Below, in pieces: positions 18,996 through 27,132 of a DNA stretch of 64,000 nucleotides; position 1 is the stretch's first letter, and each line of letters opens with the position of its first letter. A program made the position numbers and the translations under genes. Under the pieces are notes generated by a model. The model was not told the DNA's origin and ran no database searches. It worked only from the letters and a program-made list of their open reading frames with translations. This DNA is from Candidatus Aminicenantes bacterium (GTDB lineage: Bacteria > Acidobacteriota > Aminicenantia > Aminicenantales > CALLJL01). The stretch is taken from contig JBBIRF010000003.1 in assembly GCA_037441905.1 (NCBI GenBank), forward strand, positions 39,690 through 103,689, in the 5' to 3' direction.

Positions 18996-19373
18996 TTTCA
19001 GGACATCGCTGATTTTAGCGATGGCCTCAAGCACTGGTTCGGAAATGTCCTTAGATGTCAAGCTTTGTGGTTGAATCCCGAGAAGGTATGATTTTTTCAC
19101 GTGACCGGGGCTGAGCAGGCTGAGGAACGAAGGCAGAAGCCGGTGGCTGAGGGAGGAACTCCAGAGGGCCTGAGCGAGCGGCATTAAGGTAATCCTGCCC
19201 GGGGCGGCACCGAAGTTAAGCGCGTCAATCAGGATGAAAGGCCGATTCTGGTTAGTTTCCCAGAAAACTTCGTCCTCCTCGATTTCCGACTCAAGGTAGG
19301 CGTTTTGATAACCGCTGGCTTTCAGGGTTTCAGCCACCACCAGGCCGGCCCCGTCGTCGCCCTTATCAACGCA
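18993..19373 (-). CDS. Hydrogenase maturation endopeptidase-like segment in the same frame as the hydrogenase large subunit, separated from it only by TGA (19374-19376); first canonical start (GTG 19340) would delete the conserved N-terminal strand and Ni-binding acidic motif
   Basis: ...KPLRPIIVGI-TGA-CVDKGDDGAGLVVAETLK aligns to MRTLVLGLGNDLFGDDGVGLHLV of the standalone protease; downstream Asp (ILIDAL) and His (SHRLLPSF) conserved. Confidence 0.5.
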   Translation of the reverse strand, partial: CVDKGDDGAGLVVAETLKASGYQNAYLESEIEEDEVFWETNQNRPFILIDALNFGAAPGRITLMPLAQALWSSSLSHRLLPSFLSLLSPGHVKKSYLLGIQPQSLTSKDISEPVLEAIAKISDVLK

Positions 19374-20732
19374 TCAGATGCCGACGATTATGGGGCGAAG
19401 CGGCTTCAACTCGGCTAACTTCTGTTGCCAATCAACTTCTTCTGTCGTCCGGACCTCGACAAGATGGGCTGAACAGCTGATACAGGGGTCAAACGCCCGG
19501 ACGACCATTTCCAGCCGGTCGCGGATTTGGTCTTCCTTTCCCTCGTTCAGGAGTTTTTGGGCCGCCAGGAAGCAGTAGCGCTCGATTTCCTCCGCATTCT
19601 GGGCCGTGGGCGTGATGATGTCGGCAAAGACGATGCGGCCGTCTTTGATTTCATAATGGTGGATGAGTAGACCTCGCGGCGCCTCGACCAGGCCAGTTCC
19701 TTTGCCCTCCCGGCTCGAATAGGCCGTAATCCCGGGGTCTTCAGGGTATTTAAGAATTTCGTCAACGAGAGCGGGAATTTTTTCAAAACAATACATAATC
19801 TCGATAGCTTGGGCGGCATTCTGGAAAAGCGGGTTTCTCTTCCACCTTTCGTTATAGAAACGGCGGAGAATTTTCTTGGCTTCGCCGGACAGCCTTTCAC
19901 CCAGCAGGTTCACCCTTGCCTGGGCGCCAACCGTATAGCTTTTTCCCTGCTACCGGCTCCGCTTGGCCGTCGAATGAGGAACGAAAAACTCGTTGGTCAG
20001 ACGACGGTAATCATCACGATGGATTTTTTCGCCCGTCGAAACCAGAATCTCATCTCCCCAGAGGCCATACTTTCCGTCGCCGGGTTCACAACAAGCGAAG
20101 ATAGCCTCGTCTTCCGGAATATCAGGATAGGGTAGGCTGCAGAAAAGCTCGGTGGTTTTATGGACAAACGGCATGAATTGAATAGCCCTGGCTTTAATCA
20201 GCAAGAGCTCTTCCCTGGTGGGGTAGCGGCCGAAACCGCCGATGACGGGGTTTTCCCCGTGGATGAACCGGCCGCTCAAGACCTTCATGATGTTATTCCC
20301 GAACTGCTTCATTTCCAGGGCAATCTTGACCTCGAAGGGAAACCGGGTTGCCATGGCGATGGCGTTCGGGAACCCGACAAAATCGGGCAGAGCAAGGTAG
20401 TAGAGGTGGAGAGAATGACTTTCGATATATTCACCGAGATGCATCAGTTCGCGAAGCAGGGTAACCTTTGGCGGCACCTTGACACCGAGGGCGTTTTCCA
20501 TCGCCCTGATAACGGCGTTTTTATGAGAAAGAGTGCAAATGGCGCAGACCCGGGGAGTTATGCTGACGTCTTCCTCCGGTGTTTTACCCACGGCTAATCT
20601 TTCGACGAGTCTCGGGCCTTCATTTATCAGAAACTTAACTTCGGTGACGACTTTCCCGTCTACAGTTACGGTTACTCCACCGTTACCTTCAACTCGAGCC
20701 AGATGGTCGATAGTTATCTTTTTCATCGTCAA
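19374..20732 (-). pseudogene. Group 3b (sulfhydrogenase alpha-like) [NiFe]-hydrogenase large subunit, single frame interrupted by in-frame TAG at 19950-19952 (pseudogene, sequencing error or recoded)
   Basis: N-terminal RVCAICTLSH (RxCGxCxxxH variant) and C-terminal DPCISCSAH Ni-Fe ligand motifs; 260-aa ORF and 179-aa ORF are in the same frame, conserved ...HSTAKRSR*QGKSYTVGAQAR.. spans the stop. Confidence 0.65.
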
Positions 20733-21511
20733 CGCCTCCCTGTTTTCAATTGGTGAAAGAATTCAGTAATCGTTGTCCCGGCATAAATCGACATGCGTTG
20801 TTTGATGCTTTCTAAATCAAACCCTTTGTCGAGGAGAAGCTGAAATTCAGCCACCCGGTTAGCCTCTTCCGTCGGCCCCCAGCACCCAACACAAGCCAGG
20901 TTGTGCGAGGGACAGACTGCTCCGCAGCCAGCTTTAGTCAGCGGCCCGAGACAGGGGATGTTCTTGTTGAGCAAGCAATCGTTCTCATGCCATTTACATT
21001 CGAGACACACCGGAAAGCGATAAAGCTCTGGCGGATGGCCGGCCAGGAGCCGGGTAAAAGTTGCCAGGAACTGTTCCTGGCCAATCGGGCAGCCAGGCAA
21101 ATAATAATCAACTTTGATAAAAGCATCGATGGGCTGAGAAGGGATAGGATGAACGTTTGTATGTTTGAGGTCCTGATAGACCTGACGAAATTCCTTCTCC
21201 CATGTGCCCGCGGCCGTAAGGGCTGCCTGGATTCCTCCTTCACAAGCACAATTACCAATAGCAATGACCACGCCTGCCCGTTCGCGGATGCTCAATAGTT
21301 CGGTTTTTTCCTCCTCGGTAGTGACCGACCCCTCGACTAAAGCCACGTCTACAGGACCGTGACTGTTGTCACTCTTGGCCATCAGAAAAGCTTCAATATC
21401 AGCGGCCTGGAAAATATTAACCAGCTCGGATTCACAATCGAGGATGAGGAGGGCATCGCCCGCACAGCCGGTCAGCTCAAAGACGCCGATTTTCACGCGG
21501 GTTTTTTCCAT
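20729..21511 (-). CDS. Group 3 [NiFe]-hydrogenase small subunit (delta-like)
   Basis: ELTGCAGD, GNCACEGG, YYLPGCP, CLGPLTKAGCGAVCPSHNLACVGCWGP cluster motifs. Confidence 0.8.
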   Translation of the reverse strand: MEKTRVKIGVFELTGCAGDALLILDCESELVNIFQAADIEAFLMAKSDNSHGPVDVALVEGSVTTEEEKTELLSIRERAGVVIAIGNCACEGGIQAALTAAGTWEKEFRQVYQDLKHTNVHPIPSQPIDAFIKVDYYLPGCPIGQEQFLATFTRLLAGHPPELYRFPVCLECKWHENDCLLNKNIPCLGPLTKAGCGAVCPSHNLACVGCWGPTEEANRVAEFQLLLDKGFDLESIKQRMSIYAGTTITEFFHQLKTGRR

Positions 21512-21524
21512 CGGGGTTTCCTCC

Positions 21525-22382
21525 TTAAATTAACTCTCTCATGTGGAGCACATCCCAGTAAGTAAAAACAGGACCGTCCAAACAGGTATAAATATAATCA
21601 ATCGCGCAGTGGCCGCATTTGCCGACACCGCATTTCATCCTTCTTTCGAGAGTCATTAAAATCTGATGTTTCGGAATGTTAAGCTTGATTAACTCTCTGA
21701 TGACGAACTTGTACATCACTGGCGGGCCGCAAACGAGAGCAAAGGTGTTCGCCGGGTCGACATTTTTTAACTTGGGAAAGAGAGTCGTGACGACACCGAT
21801 GTTTTCGGTCCAGGTTCCGGTATCATCAGCGTCAACGGTCAGATGGCATTCCAGGTCTCCCCGCTTCTTTAAATCAAAATATTCCTCCCTGAAAATCATC
21901 TCGGCCGGTCTTTTCGCGCCGTAGAGCACGCTCACCCGGCCAAACTGGTCCCGGTTATCCAGGCAGTAGAGAAGCACAGACCGGAGGGGTGCGGCCCCAA
22001 GGCCGCCGACGACGATGATGATATCTTTTCCGGTCATAGCTTCAACGGGAAATCCATTGCCGTAGGGTCCCCTCAGACCGATTAAAGAATTTTCCTTAAG
22101 ACGGAACAGGGCGTTCGTGACCGTCCCCACTCGCCGAATGCAAAACTCGAGTAAACCCGGCCTGGAAGGAGGGGAAGAAATGGAAAAAGGCGCTTCCCCT
22201 GCTCCGAGGACGGAAAGCATGGCAAACTGTCCAGCCCGGTAACGAAAGCTGAGCGCTTTTTCCATATCGGTCAGGCGGACCTGGAAGAATTTCACGTCAG
22301 CCGTCAAATTATAAGCCCTGACAATCCGGGCTGGTTCGGGTAGGAGAGGGTTGGGGAGAGTGTTTTTTAATTCCGTGTTCAT
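21525..22382 (-). CDS. Sulfhydrogenase gamma-like FAD/NAD(P)-binding subunit (HydG/AsrB-like) with C-terminal [2Fe-2S] CxxxxCxxC
   Basis: RAGQFAMLSV...PFSISS FAD motif, VGGLGAAPL NAD(P) motif, CGVGKCGHC. Confidence 0.7.
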   Translation of the reverse strand: MNTELKNTLPNPLLPEPARIVRAYNLTADVKFFQVRLTDMEKALSFRYRAGQFAMLSVLGAGEAPFSISSPPSRPGLLEFCIRRVGTVTNALFRLKENSLIGLRGPYGNGFPVEAMTGKDIIIVVGGLGAAPLRSVLLYCLDNRDQFGRVSVLYGAKRPAEMIFREEYFDLKKRGDLECHLTVDADDTGTWTENIGVVTTLFPKLKNVDPANTFALVCGPPVMYKFVIRELIKLNIPKHQILMTLERRMKCGVGKCGHCAIDYIYTCLDGPVFTYWDVLHMRELI

Positions 22383-23443
22383 GGAGTCACCTCAGAAGAA
22401 AGCCGAGCCCAAAAGGCGTTGACGGGCTTGCCTTCCAGGGCATCGGCCACTGATTTTACGTTAATTCCCACCGGGCAGGTAACCAGGCAGCGGCCGCAGC
22501 CGACACAGCTTGGTTTTCCGTATTTCGAGCCATACGCCTGGAGTTTATGAGTATACCAGAGCTTGAGCCGCGAGGATTTTTTCTCCCGGAAGTTCTCGCC
22601 GCCGGCCACCTGAGAATATTCGGGCAAGGTGCAAGAATCCCATTCCCGGACGCGCAACCCCGGCTTCCCGGCCAGCCGGATTTCGTCGCGGACGTTATAA
22701 CAATTGCAGGTGGGACAGACCATCGAGCACGACCCGCAGGCTAAACAGGATGTGCCTAATTTTTCCCAGAGCGAATCACGGTACTTGAGCTCCATCAGGT
22801 CAGGCATAAACACATAGTTTATCGAGGTCTTAAATGCCCTGGCCCTGTTCTCTCGCCAGTCGATGTACTTCTGGATGTCGGCTGTCGCCAGAGTCTCCTC
22901 GAAAAACTCGGGGACAAGGCGGACGAGGTCGTCTCCCTGGCTGGAACCTATCCAGGCGAGGTAATTGTCTCCCAGGTCGGTGAAAAAGAGGTCATAGCCT
23001 TCTTCGATGATGTCGGTATGGGTAGACTGGCAGAGGCAATTTTCGTCAGGCCAGCAGGAAAGACCGAGAATAAGGGTCCGCTGCCTGGCCTTAAGATAAT
23101 AAGAATCAGGGAAAACCTGGCTAAAAATGCGGTCGAGAATGAGAAGACCGTGAATGTCGCAAGGATGAATCCCGAACAGAATCCGGTCCTTGACCCAGGA
23201 AAAATCCTCTTCATAGCCGCGGGAGGTGAATTGGAACATGGTGAAACTCGGGGGGACGAAAAGCTTCTTGGGCGGCAGAAGAGTCCGGGTCGCCTTGAGG
23301 TCGATTTTGGGAATCTCGGACGACGCTACCGGGGCAAAGCTTGTTTTGTTTTCCCTGGTCAAAGGAGCCCACAGCTCCGCTCCGTCGGAAATGGCTCCGA
23401 GGAAGGGATACAGATTTTCCTTCTTAAGCTTTAGGATTCTCAT
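22379..23443 (-). CDS. Sulfhydrogenase beta-like subunit (HydB/AsrA-like, multiple [4Fe-4S])
   Basis: CLACGSCSMVCPTCNC and CVGCGRCLVTCP motifs; operon position upstream of gamma, small, large subunits. Confidence 0.7.
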   Translation of the reverse strand: MRILKLKKENLYPFLGAISDGAELWAPLTRENKTSFAPVASSEIPKIDLKATRTLLPPKKLFVPPSFTMFQFTSRGYEEDFSWVKDRILFGIHPCDIHGLLILDRIFSQVFPDSYYLKARQRTLILGLSCWPDENCLCQSTHTDIIEEGYDLFFTDLGDNYLAWIGSSQGDDLVRLVPEFFEETLATADIQKYIDWRENRARAFKTSINYVFMPDLMELKYRDSLWEKLGTSCLACGSCSMVCPTCNCYNVRDEIRLAGKPGLRVREWDSCTLPEYSQVAGGENFREKKSSRLKLWYTHKLQAYGSKYGKPSCVGCGRCLVTCPVGINVKSVADALEGKPVNAFWARLSSEVTP

Positions 23444-23525
23444 GGTTTCGACCCTCTGAATTCATATAATTTATACCTCCTGTTTGAGACACTCGAGCGT
23501 GCATTCCTGCATCGCTCTAAATATA

Positions 23526-23541
23526 TGCAAGATTTATGCCT
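23526..23541 (-). promoter_or_regulatory. Sigma-54 promoter (minus strand: AGGCAT-aaatc-TTGCA) ~80 nt upstream of hydB
   Basis: Reverse complement of 23526-23541 reads GGCATAAATCTTGCA with GG/GC spacing of the -24/-12 consensus; followed by AGGAGGT RBS and ATG. Confidence 0.55.
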
Positions 23542-23651
23542 AAATATCTAAGTTTTCCCCTTTTTGGATGCTTCTAACTATATATAAAGTCTATGGTTAG
23601 AGCAATCTCTTTTAATAATTTTTTCCCTGGGATAAAGAACTTAAACAAAAA

Positions 23652-23678
23652 GGGGAATTTTTCCCCACGACTGGGGAA
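23652..23678. promoter_or_regulatory. Candidate activator-binding palindrome GGGGAATTTTTCCCC plus adjacent GGGGAA half-site (also TTCCCC at 23555-23560)
   Basis: 6-bp arms GGGGAA/TTCCCC with TTT centre, ~115-135 bp upstream of the minus-strand sigma-54 promoter; same motif family upstream of hdrC copy 1. Confidence 0.45.
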
Positions 23679-23702
23679 TAAAGAAAGCCTGAGCCTGATT
23701 GT

Positions 23703-25070
23703 TCAGAGGGAGTCGAGGTTGATCCCGTATTTCTTAATCTTGGCCCACAAGGTCTTCCGGTCGATACCGAGGATTTGAGCGGCGGCGCTTCTATTTCCTT
23801 TTTGATCCTTGAGAACAGCCGTGATGTAATCTTTTTCAACTTCTGCCAGAGTCCGTCGGGGGCTCATCCAGCTGGGTTCGGAGGCAACCCGGCCGCTTAT
23901 TCCGTGGGTAATTAGGTCTTCGAGGTTAATCGAGTCTACCCTGGCGAGGACAACAGCCCGCTCGATTGTATTCTCTAATTCTCTGATATTTCCCGGCCAA
24001 TCATACTCCATTAGAGCCTTCATCGCTTGGGGCGTAATGCCTTTGATAGCCTTTTTGGCCTTTCGGTTATATTTCTGGAGGAAGTGCTCGGCTAAGAGGG
24101 TAATATCTTCTTTTCTTTCCCGCAGCGGGGGTAAATGAAGCGGGACGACATTAAGCCGGTAGAAAAGGTCTTCCCGAAACTTTCCCGCCTTGACAAGCTC
24201 AGCCAGGTTTTCGTTAGTCGCCGCCAGGATACGGACATCTACTTTGATCGGCCGGTTGCTGCCAATCCGGGTAACTTCTCTTTCCTGGATTACCCGCAGG
24301 AGCTTCGCTTGAATATTAGGGCTGATGTTGGACACTTCGTCAAAAAAAATAGTCCCGCCGTCAGCCACCTCGAACCGGCCGTGCTTGGTCTCGTGGGCAC
24401 CGGTGAAAGAGCCCTTGACATGGCCAAAAAGTTCGCTTTCAAAAAGAGTCTCGACCAGGGCGCCACAATCGACGACGACAAAAGGAGCGTTGCGTCGGCT
24501 GCTATGCCGGTGAATCTCGCGAGCAATAAGCTCCTTTCCTGTGCCGCTTTCTCCCGTGATCAGGACAGTCGATTCCGTCGGGCTCACCCTTCTGACGACG
24601 TCGAGCACTTTTTGCATGGCCGGACTCTTGCCAATGACCAGCTCGAATTCTATCTTGGCTTCGAGTTCCTGCCGCAAGTACATGTTTTCATAAAAAATCC
24701 GCCTGTTTTCCAGCGCTTTCCGGGTGACGACGCGGAGCTCCTCAGGGGTAAAAGGCTTGGGCATGTAATCGAAGGCGCCTCGTTTCATTGCTTCGACCGC
24801 TGATTCGATTGAACTGTAACCCGTGATGATGATAACCGGGGTTTCCGGGCTGACCTCTTTTATCCTTGAGAGAACATCCATACCCCTAATTCCAGGGAGT
24901 TTGAGGTCGAGAAAAACCAGGTGAAAAGTGTCTTTTTGAAAAATCTCCAGCCCTTCTTTTCCTTCCCTGGCTTGCTTGACTTCGTAGCCTTCCCGCGAGA
25001 GCACCTGATTCATCGCGTCGCGGATGGCTTCCTCGTCGTCAATGATTAGAATCTGAGCTCTTTCGGTCAT
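23703..25070 (-). CDS. Sigma-54-dependent response regulator (NtrC family: receiver + AAA+ + Fis-type HTH)
   Basis: Receiver ILIIDDEEAIRD, Walker A GESGTGKE, GAFTGA-like GSFTGA, C-terminal HTH. Confidence 0.85.
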   Translation of the reverse strand: MTERAQILIIDDEEAIRDAMNQVLSREGYEVKQAREGKEGLEIFQKDTFHLVFLDLKLPGIRGMDVLSRIKEVSPETPVIIITGYSSIESAVEAMKRGAFDYMPKPFTPEELRVVTRKALENRRIFYENMYLRQELEAKIEFELVIGKSPAMQKVLDVVRRVSPTESTVLITGESGTGKELIAREIHRHSSRRNAPFVVVDCGALVETLFESELFGHVKGSFTGAHETKHGRFEVADGGTIFFDEVSNISPNIQAKLLRVIQEREVTRIGSNRPIKVDVRILAATNENLAELVKAGKFREDLFYRLNVVPLHLPPLRERKEDITLLAEHFLQKYNRKAKKAIKGITPQAMKALMEYDWPGNIRELENTIERAVVLARVDSINLEDLITHGISGRVASEPSWMSPRRTLAEVEKDYITAVLKDQKGNRSAAAQILGIDRKTLWAKIKKYGINLDSL

Positions 25071-27045
25071 TGTCTGATTCCTTTTGCAGGGGCAGAACCA
25101 CGGTAAAGGTTGAACCTTTCCCGGGTTCGCTCGAAACTTCTATCGTCCCTTGATGTTTCTGGATGATGCTGTAGCTGATGGCTAAGCCAAGACCGGTACC
25201 TTTGCCGACTTCTTTGGTGGTGAAAAATGGTTCGAACAGCCGTGACATATCCTCTGGCCTGATCCCGTGGCCGTTGTCCGCAAAAGCGATTCTTATTTGC
25301 TTTTTCTCCAGGTCCATCGAAGTGCTTATGGTTAGCGTTCCTCGGCCGTCCATGGCTTCGGCGGCGTTAAGGATAATATTCATGAAGACCTGCTGTAACT
25401 GGGAAGCATCGGCAATCACACGGGGCAGCGCGCTATATTGCTTATTAATGGCGATGTTCTGGAATAGAGCCTGTTTTTCCATGATGGCCAGAGCCCGCTC
25501 GACAACTTCGTTGACGTCAGTGGCTACCATTTCCGGTTCTTTCGGCCGGGCAAACTCGAGCAACCCTTTAACGATATCCTTACACCGGCTGGTCTCTTTA
25601 ACTATCTTTCTTAAATTTTCGTAAGCTGGAGTATTCTTAGGCGTATCTTCGAGCAGCAGATGGCTGTAGATGAGAATGGCTCCCAGGGGGTTATTAATTT
25701 CATGAGCCACGCCCGCGGCCAGTTTGCCCAGGGAAGCAAGCTTTTCCGACTGAATTAGTTTCGTCTGCATCTCGGTCAGCTCTCTGGTTCTTGCTTCCAC
25801 TTTTTTCTCCAAGGTCCTCCCCCATTCCATCAGCGCTTCGTTCGCCTGACGGAGCTGGTCAATCATTTCGTTGAAGGAGGAAGCCAAATGGCCGAGTTCA
25901 TCCTTTGACCTGATATCAACCTTATGCGAGAGGTCACCCCTGGCTATTTCCTCCGTAGCCATGACCATTCTTTGCAGCGGTCGGATGATCTGCGTTGTCG
26001 AGAAATAGAGGATGACAAGCAGGAAGACGACGCAGAGCGAGGCCATAAAGGTAAAAGTTAGCATTAGTTTATTGGCCGTATCGATGTAAGGCTTTTCGAG
26101 CATGCCGACATAAAGGATGCCGATGATTTTGCCCTCGACATTTCTAATGGGTTCATAAGCGGTAATGTACCAGTCGGTCACGACAAAGGCCCGGTCGACC
26201 CAGGCCTTACCTTCGTCCAGGACTGCCTTTTTTACCTGGGCTGAAAGCAGGGTTCCGATGGCTCTTTCGCCCTTTTCGTTCCGGACGTTGGTCGAGACCC
26301 GGAGGTCGTTGAGAAAAATAGTGGCCGTGCCAACGTCCCGGCCTTTATATTTTTCGCCCTTAAAAACGGTTTCCTTAATCCGGTCGACGATTTCGTAATT
26401 CCGGTTGAGGAGAATTCCTCCATAAAGCACCCCCCGGGTGCGATGGCTTTCATCCTGAATGCTGGCCGCCGCCTTGAGGACAAGCCCGCGGTCTTCGAAG
26501 CTCTTGGGCTTCGGCTCTGCCCGGGGAGTGGGGATGAATTCAAGATAAGCTTGCGCCGCCAGGTCTTCGCCCTCAAGCCTGAGCTGCTCGCCCGGGACAA
26601 CCTGAGGGCCGGCTACTACCCCGCCTTTCAGGGCTAAGCGGACGAGTTCATCTTCGGCTTGAGAATCACCCACGACCCCTGGATTTCTTGTCCGGATGAT
26701 AACTTTTCCAGCTCCGTCCGTAAGCGTGAGAAAATCCAGCCCGAAATCTGTCCTTACCCGGGATAAATACCGGAGCAAAAGGTCGGTATTTCCCGATTTG
26801 AGGGCTTCTTGAATGCTTTCTCTTGAAGCCGTGAGAGTGACGATCTGCTGAATATCGTTAAGTTTTTCGTTGAAAACCATCCAGGCAGCGGCCAGGTCGT
26901 GCTTGACTTTCAGCTGGGCCTGGCCGATGAGAGTGCGCCTAACCAGGCGCGAGCCGATGACGAGCGAAATCAGCCCGCCGACAACAATAACTGCCAGGAA
27001 GCTCAGAATGAGCTTCGTCCGGAGGGAAAGAGCCCTTTCTTTCAT
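25039..27045 (-). CDS. Sensor histidine kinase with periplasmic sensing domain, HAMP, HisKA, HATPase_c
   Basis: Two TM segments flanking ~280-aa extracytoplasmic region, H-box AHEINNPL, G-boxes DNGHGI / GTGLGLAIS. Confidence 0.8.
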   Translation of the reverse strand: MKERALSLRTKLILSFLAVIVVGGLISLVIGSRLVRRTLIGQAQLKVKHDLAAAWMVFNEKLNDIQQIVTLTASRESIQEALKSGNTDLLLRYLSRVRTDFGLDFLTLTDGAGKVIIRTRNPGVVGDSQAEDELVRLALKGGVVAGPQVVPGEQLRLEGEDLAAQAYLEFIPTPRAEPKPKSFEDRGLVLKAAASIQDESHRTRGVLYGGILLNRNYEIVDRIKETVFKGEKYKGRDVGTATIFLNDLRVSTNVRNEKGERAIGTLLSAQVKKAVLDEGKAWVDRAFVVTDWYITAYEPIRNVEGKIIGILYVGMLEKPYIDTANKLMLTFTFMASLCVVFLLVILYFSTTQIIRPLQRMVMATEEIARGDLSHKVDIRSKDELGHLASSFNEMIDQLRQANEALMEWGRTLEKKVEARTRELTEMQTKLIQSEKLASLGKLAAGVAHEINNPLGAILIYSHLLLEDTPKNTPAYENLRKIVKETSRCKDIVKGLLEFARPKEPEMVATDVNEVVERALAIMEKQALFQNIAINKQYSALPRVIADASQLQQVFMNIILNAAEAMDGRGTLTISTSMDLEKKQIRIAFADNGHGIRPEDMSRLFEPFFTTKEVGKGTGLGLAISYSIIQKHQGTIEVSSEPGKGSTFTVVLPLQKESDNDRKSSDSNH

Positions 27046-27132
27046 CGAAGATTTGCTTTGAAGCAGGCGTCATCTTGGCGGTTCGTCTGCTCTCAAAGCG
27101 AAAACAAACCTTTTTCTTTGTCCTGGACTGGG

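Noticed and set aside
19300-19376. Selenocysteine insertion at the TGA joining hydrogenase and protease
   Set aside because: No convincing SECIS-type hairpin is visible by eye downstream of the TGA. The position does not correspond to any known selenoprotein site in these families. This is kept only as one option inside the finding, not asserted.
19913-19913. Possibility that the large subunit is naturally split into two genes with a GTG start at 19913
   Set aside because: No usable RBS before that GTG. The conserved large-subunit block QGKSYTVGAQAR lies upstream of it and directly after the TAG. A single interrupted frame is more parsimonious.
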